A stretch of 50,254 nucleotides of DNA from positions 1 through 50,254 of the forward strand of contig JAGXIC010000136.1 of assembly GCA_024635875.1 (NCBI GenBank), written 5' to 3'. A program made the translations under genes and the position numbers. The DNA is from Pricia sp. Its GTDB lineage: Bacteria > Bacteroidota > Bacteroidia > Flavobacteriales > Flavobacteriaceae. Position 1 is the first letter of the stretch. Each line of letters begins with the position of its first letter. Below are positions 38,782 to 46,625 of the stretch, one piece after another. The notes below the pieces were generated by a model. It was not told the origin of the DNA and searched no databases. It saw nothing but the letters and a program-made list of their open reading frames with translations.

Positions 38782-39133
38782 TGGATTGTCGTTGTTTGAA
38801 CGCGTTCATACCTTCTATATGCCCATCAAATCGGGCCAAAGTTTCAGCCAATACCATAATCTGTTCCTGCGCTTCTTTCCAATTTTTTTGCGCTATGGCT
38901 TCCCGAACACCAGGCAGTGTTTTAACGCCGTATCCGGTATAGAATTTTGGGGCGGATATCTGATGTTTGTACCAAGATTTTCGTGGAAGTCCTTTTTCCG
39001 AGGTCAATATCTGCTTGTCTCCCATTAATTGTTGATTAAGTTGGTTGCACTTTTCCGAGGGATAGGAAGTACCCGCGCCAAGATTCCGGTGCGATCTGTC
39101 CTGCCAAAATTTGCGCATCTTCACGGGATTCAC
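38756..39133 (-). pseudogene. Remnant of an M28 glutamate-carboxypeptidase-like gene (transferrin-receptor-like dimerisation domain only)
   Basis: LNQQLM...GLPRKSWYKHQISAPKFYTGYGVKTLPGVREAI matches the TfR-dimer C-terminal motif. No PA or M28 catalytic domain is present. Confidence 0.75.
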
Positions 39134-39174
39134 GAAATAAAAAAGAAGGATTGAAGTTTAGGATTAATAGATTA

Positions 39175-39789
39175 TTACAATCCTGAATCGTCGGTGTAGC
39201 TGAGCCTATTGATGCTTGGTTTTTCTATCAGTTTCAGCTGCCTGTCGTATCCCGCATTTTTAAAGGAACGCAGAAGACTTTCATATCGATGGCCACTGGA
39301 TATCAAAGTCAACTGGTTGTCGTTGCATTTAATGATAATTTGTGTTTCGCTTATCCGATACTCCGATGGAAGAATGCTTAAATACCGGGAGATAGAATTG
39401 GGTACACCAAGTTTGGACAGAATGTGCATAGGGGAGAGCGGAAAGGTATCGACAACTTCTTTGCCCCGGATCATGGTAATCGATATAATTTCATTTTTCA
39501 TTACCGGAATCGTAAGGATATTGGCCGTAAAATTACCCAATACCATAATCCCGTCCGGTAAGATCTGTAGATTGCATCTGGTCTGGCTCAGCAATATATC
39601 GGTTCTGTGCCGCCCGTTCTTGTAATCTACCAAGCGATACCGATATTTTGTTTTTTTGGAAACCAGTTTCGATTTTTTGGCTAGATCTTGATTGAATAGG
39701 GTAGATGCAGCTTTCATTTCTAATAGGGTAGGTTTAGTGCTTGACGTAAATATATAGCGGTAAAAAAATTCCCGAGGGCGAAGTCGCAA
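39175..39789 (-). CDS. Hypothetical protein
   Basis: Open frame of 204 aa with no recognised motif. Start uncertain (ATG 39717 possible). Confidence 0.55.
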   Translation of the reverse strand: MRLRPREFFYRYIFTSSTKPTLLEMKAASTLFNQDLAKKSKLVSKKTKYRYRLVDYKNGRHRTDILLSQTRCNLQILPDGIMVLGNFTANILTIPVMKNEIISITMIRGKEVVDTFPLSPMHILSKLGVPNSISRYLSILPSEYRISETQIIIKCNDNQLTLISSGHRYESLLRSFKNAGYDRQLKLIEKPSINRLSYTDDSGL

Positions 39790-39998
39790 GTTAGCGTTTT
39801 GAGAAAATTTTTGGCTATAAAATAGCTGTCACCCTAATTTTGACAGGCTGCATAAAGATGCATTTCGTCGATCATGACCCACCATTAATAGGTAGAAAAA
39901 GTTGTTAATTCTTATCGAAAACTTATTAACAATATAGGTTATGATTTGTTATCCCACATTCTTATGCAATAAGAATGGCGTGCTTTGTAGGGTTAGGT

Positions 39999-40524
39999 TT
40001 ACAAAAGGCCTCTTGCCTTGATCTCGAGATATTTATTGATGGTATTTATGGTCAGACTTTCAGGTTTGGTGAGGATGGTCTGTATGCCAAATTGCTGCAG
40101 TTCTTTTTGCATAAGGCGTTTTTCGAGCACGAATTTTTCGGCGATAGTTTTGTGGTAGAAGGTCTGTAAATCGACGGCGTCGGTGGTGATCAATTCCTCA
40201 AGTTCGGTATTCTCAAAAAAGATGACTACCAGTACATGCTTCTTGGCCATCGCCAACAAAAAAGGAAGCTGCCTTTTTAATGTGGATATATGTTCGAAAT
40301 TGGTATAGAGCAATAAAAGGCTGCGGTGATTGATCTTCCTTTTTAAGGTAGCGTACAGCAGGACAAAATCGGAGTCGGTGAATTCGGTGTTTATGTTGTA
40401 TAGTTTTTCCAAAATCGTGTTCAGGTGCGTGATTTTCTGAACAGCGGGCAAAAAGGTCTCGACATTTTTTGAAAAGGCAAGGGTGGAATTGATGGCGTAG
40501 TCCAAAAAGTTTCAGACCATCAAA
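39999..40524 (-). pseudogene. Truncated DUF58 gene (3' part only)
   Basis: DYAINSTL...RSLLLLYTNFE...INKYLEIKARGLL. The upstream FDGLKL is in another frame through an extra base in the A5 run at 40504-40508. The 5' half is missing. Confidence 0.82.
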
Positions 40525-40683
40525 GAATTGTACGATGCCGCCAAACGCAACGGCGATCATAATGTAATCGTATCTTTGAGCGATTGAATCAAAAAGGTGA
40601 CCGAAATCGCTACGGAAACGAAACCCGTCGAGTTTGTGGATATCGTTAGTAAGGATTATAATTATTATACACAGCAGATGTGA
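40513..40683 (+). pseudogene. 3' remnant of an RDD-family gene
   Basis: Frame reads QTIKELYDAAKRNGDHNVIVSLSD*IKKVTEIATETKPVEFVDIVSKDYNYYTQQM*. There is no start, and an internal TGA lies at 40585-40587. KDYNYYT resembles the C-terminus of flavobacterial RDD proteins (from recall). Confidence 0.65.
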
Positions 40684-40710
40684 AGGAAGTGGGAGGTTGC
40701 AATAGCAGTT

Positions 40711-40807
40711 GTTTGAGTTTCAAAACTGCCTGAGGTAGATTCAAGGCGACTCAACAAATAGCAACTTTAACCTAGAATAGTTGCGAAGCAACCACTGAAC
40801 CTTAAAT
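40711..40807. repeat. Inverted pair of TTRAAC-framed mini-hairpins
   Basis: GTTTGAGTTTCAAAA-CTGCC-TGA-GGTAG-ATTCAAGG ... AACTTTAACCTAGAATA-GTTGC-GAA-GCAAC-CACTGAACCTTAAAT. Confidence 0.6.
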
Positions 40808-40871
40808 TGTCTCAATTAAAGCTTTTACTGAAAATCTGAAATTTTCAACCTGTAACTCGTAACCTTCTTCC

Positions 40872-41486
40872 ATGTTCTATTTCGTTATCGACATTCTTGG
40901 CACCATCGCTTTCGCTGTTTCCGGGGTATTGGTCGCCATGGAAAAAAAGCTGGATATTTTCGGTGTGCTCATCATCGCTTTTGTGACCGCGGTGGGGGGA
41001 GGTACTTTGCGGGACATACTAATCGGTAGTACTCCCGTTTTCTGGATGCGTGATTACACCTATATCTCGATTATTATCGGCACGGTGATATTTGCCGTTC
41101 TTTTTGCGAAGTATCTGCACAATTTTCGCATGACACTCTTATTTTTCGACGCCATCGGTATCGGCCTGTTCACGATGGTCGGTGTCGAAAAAGGATTGGC
41201 CTACGACCTTTTACCGGTAATGTGTATTGCCTTGGGCACCGTTACGGCCTGCTTCGGGGGCGTTATCCGTGATATTCTTTGTGCCGAGATTCCAGCGGTC
41301 TTTAGCAAGGAAATCTATGCCACGCCCTGTATTTTGGGAGGCATTATTTATTTTATACTTATCCTTTTGCCTTTTGATGTGACCTTCGCCTATAGTATCT
41401 CCATTCTGTTCATAATAGTAGTCCGTTTGCTGGCGCTCAAATTCGGTATAGCGTTGCCGGATATTTATCGGGAGGGTAATAGGTAA
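40872..41486 (+). CDS. Trimeric intracellular cation channel (TRIC/UPF0126) family protein
   Basis: Two repeats: AFAVSG...TAVGGGTLRD and DAIGIG...TACFGGVIRD. Confidence 0.92.
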   Translation: MFYFVIDILGTIAFAVSGVLVAMEKKLDIFGVLIIAFVTAVGGGTLRDILIGSTPVFWMRDYTYISIIIGTVIFAVLFAKYLHNFRMTLLFFDAIGIGLFTMVGVEKGLAYDLLPVMCIALGTVTACFGGVIRDILCAEIPAVFSKEIYATPCILGGIIYFILILLPFDVTFAYSISILFIIVVRLLALKFGIALPDIYREGNR

Positions 41487-41526
41487 GCGGCAGGGGTTGG
41501 TACTATTCCGGGTTCAAGTACTAAAA

Positions 41527-41550
41527 AAGTTTAGGAGTTTATAGGTTTAG
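41527..41550 (+). repeat. 8-bp array (GAGTTTAG-like)
   Basis: AAGTTTAG GAGTTTAT AGGTTTAG. Confidence 0.7.
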
Positions 41551-41600
41551 GAAAAAAGGTTATAGTTTATAAAAAAATAGCTTTTTGCTGCTGCTATTGC

Positions 41601-42326
41601 TTACTCCAAAACTTCCGCTTTCTGAATATAAATGTTCTGCTGCGGCCAGTCGCCTTCCCCTACGGTTACGCTATTAATTTTATCCACCACATTCATACCT
41701 TCAATGACCTTTCCGAAAGGGGTGAAATCGCCGTCGAGATGATAGGAACCAGGATTGGTGACTACGATAAAAAATTCGTAAGGCGAGGCGAGCATATGTG
41801 GATTATTTTCTTTTTCACTACTGGGCATCGACAGGGTGCCACGATCGTGCCGGTGTCCCTTTTTGGGGTCGGGAGGTAACAGATACCGCCCGATTTCACT
41901 ACGTTTTCTCCCAGTTTTTCTATCGTCTGAATTACCGCCTTGGATAATGAAATCCTTGACCACACGGTGAAATTGTGTTTCGTCGAAATAGCCCTTTCGG
42001 GTGAGGTAGATAAAATTGGCCTTATGGTAGGGCACGTTGTCAAAGAGCTCAACCGTAAAACTGCCCAGCCGGGTGGTGATCTTTACTTTGTTTACTTTGA
42101 GGTCTTTTTGGTAATTGAAGAAAAAATCGACAGCATTGTCTTCGGTCAGCACCAATTTCTCTTCTTTTTCTTGCCCCTTTTGTTGTTTTGTGGAATCGAT
42201 TTGAATCGAATCTTTTTCCGTTTCTTTTTTGGCGGTCGTTCCGGGCTTTTCCTTTGGATGATCCCCGCAGGAAGCCATAAAAAATAGTAGTAATATTGCA
42301 ATTGTAGAAAAACGTCGAAGAACCAT
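41601..42326 (-). CDS. Cyclophilin-type peptidyl-prolyl isomerase lipoprotein
   Basis: Lipobox MASC, FHRVVKDFIIQGG, HLDGDFTPFGKVIEGM. Confidence 0.9.
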   Translation of the reverse strand: MVLRRFSTIAILLLFFMASCGDHPKEKPGTTAKKETEKDSIQIDSTKQQKGQEKEEKLVLTEDNAVDFFFNYQKDLKVNKVKITTRLGSFTVELFDNVPYHKANFIYLTRKGYFDETQFHRVVKDFIIQGGNSDDRKTGRKRSEIGRYLLPPDPKKGHRHDRGTLSMPSSEKENNPHMLASPYEFFIVVTNPGSYHLDGDFTPFGKVIEGMNVVDKINSVTVGEGDWPQQNIYIQKAEVLE

Positions 42327-42969
42327 GGATTTTGATGATTTTGCTTTACGGATTCCAAAAATAAAACAAATGCCGTTACCGGGGGAAGCATCCCACCTAA
42401 AAATGGCCCCTGAATTCCGATTGGAAGAAATGCGAAGGGCGAGATCGGAACAAAAAAATCCGAAGAAGGCAGGGGTGATGGCGTTATTCTATCCCGATAG
42501 CCATAACGATACGCATTTGCTACTTATTTTACGTCAACCCCATCCAAAGGACGTCCACTCCAACCAAATTGGTTTTCCGGGCGGAAAAGCTGAAAAACAG
42601 GATGTAGATCTTAGGGCCACTGCCTTGCGTGAAACTTGGGAGGAGGTCGGCGTATCCCCCGAAAAAATAGAGGTAATTAAAGGATGTAGCGAAATCTATA
42701 TTCCGCCTAGTAATTTTGAGGTAAAGCCCTATATGGGTCTTTATCGAAAGAGTGAACCCTTTGTGCCCCAAATATCCGAAGTTGCCGCTTTGATTGAAGT
42801 ACAACTGTCCGCTTTACTTGACGATGCGAATTTTTTTACCGAAACCCTGACCACATCCTATGCCCAAAATGTATCGGTGCCGGCCTTTAAATTAAACGGG
42901 TATACCGTATGGGGCGCGACCGGTATGATGCTCAACGAGATGAGAACTTTGTTGCAGGACGTTTTGTAA
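42325..42969 (+). CDS. Nudix hydrolase, CoA pyrophosphatase type
   Basis: HSNQIGFPGGK...ALRETWEEVG Nudix box, VWGATGMML. Confidence 0.92.
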   Translation: MDFDDFALRIPKIKQMPLPGEASHLKMAPEFRLEEMRRARSEQKNPKKAGVMALFYPDSHNDTHLLLILRQPHPKDVHSNQIGFPGGKAEKQDVDLRATALRETWEEVGVSPEKIEVIKGCSEIYIPPSNFEVKPYMGLYRKSEPFVPQISEVAALIEVQLSALLDDANFFTETLTTSYAQNVSVPAFKLNGYTVWGATGMMLNEMRTLLQDVL

Positions 42970-43038
42970 ACCGTATTACGAAAATTGGATAAGCCGATGA
43001 AATTAGAATTTATTCAACCAAAACAAACTTTTTCATTA

Positions 43039-43087
43039 ACCACTTACCACTTAGCACTTAGCACCTAGCACCTAGCAACGAGCATCC
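43039..43087 (+). repeat. Heptamer tandem array (ASCACYT)n
   Basis: ACCACTT ACCACTT AGCACTT AGCACCT AGCACCT AGCAACG AGCATCC. Confidence 0.8.
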
Positions 43088-43165
43088 GTCTTCTGTCCCA
43101 CTTCTAAAACCTAATATCTCAAATCTTATTCCCCATTTCTCCATTGTTTCGTACATTAGCATCCT

Positions 43166-43981
43166 ATGGCTCTATTCAAGAAAAATCCGTTCGGACATAT
43201 TCTGTTTTTGAAAAAATGGCTCATCCGTCTATTGGGGCTCATGACCCATTCCCGATACAAACAGTTCAATAGTCTTGAAGTAGATGGTTCTGAAATCATT
43301 AGGTCGCTTCCTGATAAAAACGTACTCTTCGTAAGCAACCATCAGACTTATTTTGCCGATGTAGTGGCTATGTTTCACGTGTTCAATGCCAGTTTGAGCG
43401 GTAGGGTCGATAACATCAAGAACATTGGATATATCTGGAACCCGAAGTTGAACATGTATTATGTGGCCGCGGCGGAAACCATGAAGAAAAGTCTGTTGAC
43501 CAAAATTTTTGCCTATGCGGGATCGATTAGTGTAGAACGCACATGGCGATCAGAGGGTCAAGATATTAACCGGAAGGTGAAGTTTAGCGATATTTCAAGT
43601 ATCGGAACAGCCTTGAACGATGGCTGGGTCATCACATTTCCACAGGGAACTACTACCCCGTGGAAACCTTTGCGCAAGGGCACGGCGCACATCATCAAAA
43701 AGTACAAGCCCATTGTAGTACCCGTGGTTATTGACGGTTTTCGGCGTTCGTTCGATAAAAAGGGACTCCGCATCAAGAAAAAGGGCATCCTACAATCCAT
43801 TGTCATTAAGGAACCTTTGGATATAGACTATGAAAATGAATCGTTCGATGCCATCATCGAAAAGCTGGAATATGCCATCGAGCAGCATCCCTCGTTTTTA
43901 AAGGTCATTCCCCAAAAAGATCTTATGGCCTACGAAGAGGAGAACGAACTGCGCAGGTATCGCAATAGGAAAAAAGTGTAA
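43166..43981 (+). CDS. Lysophospholipid acyltransferase (PlsC-like)
   Basis: SNHQTYFAD (HX4D), FPQGT, RKGTA. Confidence 0.9.
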   Translation: MALFKKNPFGHILFLKKWLIRLLGLMTHSRYKQFNSLEVDGSEIIRSLPDKNVLFVSNHQTYFADVVAMFHVFNASLSGRVDNIKNIGYIWNPKLNMYYVAAAETMKKSLLTKIFAYAGSISVERTWRSEGQDINRKVKFSDISSIGTALNDGWVITFPQGTTTPWKPLRKGTAHIIKKYKPIVVPVVIDGFRRSFDKKGLRIKKKGILQSIVIKEPLDIDYENESFDAIIEKLEYAIEQHPSFLKVIPQKDLMAYEEENELRRYRNRKKV

Positions 43982-43985
43982 TCGG

Positions 43986-44642
43986 CTACAATTCAAGGCG
44001 TTTTAATTCTTCATAGTTTTTATGGAGCCTTTTCAACAGAATGCCATAAACCAGTCGGTAAAATAACCAGATAAAGCCTATCATAAAACCGATGCCCACC
44101 AGTACTATCAGCCCGGAAAGAAACCAAAAACGAATCTCCGAGCCATTATCTTTGATGGTATCGAGTAATTGCATCGTTTTTTCGTCGTGGGTAAAAAGGC
44201 TGTAAAAAGTATGTAGGGTACTAATTACGGCCATGATCAGATTGTAAGCTACATAATAACGAACGATGCGCCTTGTGTGCAATATGCTCTCCATCAACTT
44301 CTTGACGCTATCGACCGTCGAGATCGCCTTATAGGATTTAAAGAGATAATAGATAAAAACTAAGATTATCACGATTGAAAGAACCGTGATAGCGATAAAA
44401 AAAATTTCATCGCCCCTGCCATAGATTTCGTTAAATGTTTGTTGAATAGTATTCCAGAAAAACGGTAGGGCACAGAGTGAAATCCAAAAGGCCAGTTCGA
44501 CTAAACTGATATAGAACATCCATTTGACGATGGATGAGGATTTTCTCCAAAGCATCCGATAGATTTCGTTGTAGGTCAACTTGGGAAGATTATCTTCCTT
44601 CCGCTGCCAGTCTTTCTTTAATAGTTCTAGCTCATCCATCAT
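43986..44642 (-). CDS. 4-TM membrane protein, probable anti-sigma factor
   Basis: Directly downstream of the ECF sigma gene, N-terminal DELELLKKDWQ, four hydrophobic segments. Confidence 0.75.
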   Translation of the reverse strand: MMDELELLKKDWQRKEDNLPKLTYNEIYRMLWRKSSSIVKWMFYISLVELAFWISLCALPFFWNTIQQTFNEIYGRGDEIFFIAITVLSIVIILVFIYYLFKSYKAISTVDSVKKLMESILHTRRIVRYYVAYNLIMAVISTLHTFYSLFTHDEKTMQLLDTIKDNGSEIRFWFLSGLIVLVGIGFMIGFIWLFYRLVYGILLKRLHKNYEELKRLEL

Positions 44643-44647
44643 AATTT

Positions 44648-45142
44648 CTATGGATTCAATATGGTTCTTAATTTGGTCTTGATGCGGTTCATCTTAACCC
44701 TGGCGTTTACTTCGCTGATGCCTAAGGTATCACTGATTTCCCGATAGTTTTTATCCTCTAGATATAAAAAAACCAAGGCTTTGTCGATATCGCCCAATTC
44801 TTTAATGGCCTTGTACATTAATTTCAATTGCTCTTCTTCGCCGGCATCGTATTCGTCGGCTTTTATCTTGAAAATTACCGATTCGTAATCTTGGGTCCGA
44901 ATGCTCCTTTTCGACTTTCTGTACAGCGTTATCGCAGTATTCAGGGCAACCCGGTACGTCCATGTGCTGAATTTCGAATCGCCACGAAACTTGGGGTAGG
45001 CTTTCCACAATTGAATGGTAATTTCCTGGAACAAGTCGTTATGCGCATCGCGATTATTGGTGTACAGCGTACATATCTTATGAACAATGTTCTGGTTGTT
45101 CTCAAGTTCCGTTACAAATTGATGTTCGAGATCTTTGTTCAC
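44648..45142 (-). CDS. ECF RNA polymerase sigma factor
   Basis: DLFQEITIQLWKA, FSTWTYRVALNTA, YREISDTLGISEVNARVKMNR. GTG start. Confidence 0.93.
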   Translation of the reverse strand: MNKDLEHQFVTELENNQNIVHKICTLYTNNRDAHNDLFQEITIQLWKAYPKFRGDSKFSTWTYRVALNTAITLYRKSKRSIRTQDYESVIFKIKADEYDAGEEEQLKLMYKAIKELGDIDKALVFLYLEDKNYREISDTLGISEVNARVKMNRIKTKLRTILNP

Positions 45143-45238
45143 GTCAAGACGGTAGGTTGGTGTCCGGTTAGTAGTACCTTTATAGGTTTCGTTACAGAAA
45201 AAGCAGAAATGGGTTCAATTTAACAAAAACCTTTTGTT

Positions 45239-45246
45239 TAATTTTG
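45239..45246 (+). promoter_or_regulatory. Sigma-A -7 element
   Basis: TAATTTTG 18 nt upstream of the ndh ATG. Confidence 0.55.
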
Positions 45247-45264
45247 GCTTTTAGATAAACAATT

Positions 45265-46599
45265 ATGGGCGATACCGACGCATTGAACATCCCGAGATGC
45301 AGTTTTCCGAGAATTATAATCGTTGGGGGCGGGTTTGGCGGGATTGCGCTGGCCAAGGCGCTCAAGGGAAAAGAGATGCAGGTGGTACTTTTGGACCGAA
45401 ACAATTACCACACCTTTCAACCCTTGCTCTACCAAGTCTCGACGGGCGGTCTCGAACCCGATTCCATTGCCTATCCGTTGCGTAAGGTTTTACAGGGCTA
45501 TCCCGATTTTTACTTCCGTCTTGCCGAGGTACGGGAAGTGGTTCCCGAATCGAAGTTGGTGCGTACGGATATTGGAAGTTTGAGTTATGATTATCTGGTT
45601 ATCGGAACAGGTGCGGAAACCAATTTTTTCGGGAACGCCGAGATTCAGAAAAATAGTATGGAGATGAAATCCGTTCCACAATCGTTGAACTTGAGGAGTC
45701 TGATCTTAGAAAATTTCGAACAGGCCCTTTTGACCGATAACCTGCACGAACGCAATGCTTTAATGAATTTCGTTATCGTGGGTGGCGGCCCAACGGGAGT
45801 GGAACTGGCGGGTGCCCTTGCCGAAATCAAAAAGGGGATTTTACCCAAAGACTATCCAGATCTCGACACGCGAAGGGCGCAGATTAATTTGATTCAATCG
45901 GGAGACCGCATCTTAAAGGAAATGAGCGAAAAAGCTTCTCAAAAAGCCGAGGATTTTTTAGAGAGCCTAGGGGTTCAAGTGTGGAAAGATACCCGGGTTA
46001 TCGGGTACGATGGAAAGACCGTCCGCACAAAAACTGATCTTGTCTTTGACGCTGCCACGATGGTCTGGACGGCCGGAGTGAAAGCAGTCTCCATAAAGGG
46101 GCTGAACGGCAAAGACCTTTTGGTGCCTGGCAACCGGATGAAAGTGAACGCGTTTAATCAATTGATAGGCCATGAGGCCATTTTTGCGATCGGCGACACT
46201 GCCTGTATGCTTTCCGACGATACGCCCGTCGGCCATCCGATGGTAGCACAGCCTGCCATACAGCAGGGTCGGCACCTTGGTGACAATCTTGTTCGCCTTT
46301 TGAATAATGAGCCGATGAAGCCTTTTGTCTATAAAGACAAGGGAAGCATGGCGACCGTAGGCCGCAACAAGGCCGTAGTAGATTTGAAAAATTTTAAATT
46401 TCAAGGCGTGTTCGCTTGGTTTGTTTGGATGTTCGTTCACCTGTTCTTTTTGATAGGTTTCCGCAACCGCATGGTGGTATTCATAAATTGGGTTTACAAT
46501 TATGTGCGGTTCGATCGTGAGGCCCGGCTAATTATCCGACCTTATAATCGAGACTATAGTCAGTTTAAAGACGGTCAAGTCCTTAATAAGGAAAGTTAA
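45265..46599 (+). CDS. ndh: Type II NADH:quinone oxidoreductase
   Basis: GGGFGG, FQPLLYQV, GGGPTGVELAG, AIGD...AQPAIQQG, KGSMATVGR. Confidence 0.92.
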   Translation: MGDTDALNIPRCSFPRIIIVGGGFGGIALAKALKGKEMQVVLLDRNNYHTFQPLLYQVSTGGLEPDSIAYPLRKVLQGYPDFYFRLAEVREVVPESKLVRTDIGSLSYDYLVIGTGAETNFFGNAEIQKNSMEMKSVPQSLNLRSLILENFEQALLTDNLHERNALMNFVIVGGGPTGVELAGALAEIKKGILPKDYPDLDTRRAQINLIQSGDRILKEMSEKASQKAEDFLESLGVQVWKDTRVIGYDGKTVRTKTDLVFDAATMVWTAGVKAVSIKGLNGKDLLVPGNRMKVNAFNQLIGHEAIFAIGDTACMLSDDTPVGHPMVAQPAIQQGRHLGDNLVRLLNNEPMKPFVYKDKGSMATVGRNKAVVDLKNFKFQGVFAWFVWMFVHLFFLIGFRNRMVVFINWVYNYVRFDREARLIIRPYNRDYSQFKDGQVLNKES

Positions 46600-46625
46600 A
46601 TTTTGGTAACACGAATAGAGGGCCA

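Noticed and set aside
40213-40560. 115-aa minus-strand ORF as a real gene
   Set aside because: It is a chimera of antisense RDD sequence, six DUF58 codons and an out-of-frame continuation.
40585-40587. In-frame TGA as selenocysteine or readthrough
   Set aside because: The fragment has no start or 5' part and no evident SECIS, so a nonsense mutation in a remnant is simpler.
2418-43087. Short repeat arrays as CRISPR
   Set aside because: Units are 7-8 bp in tandem without unique spacers, and there are no cas genes.
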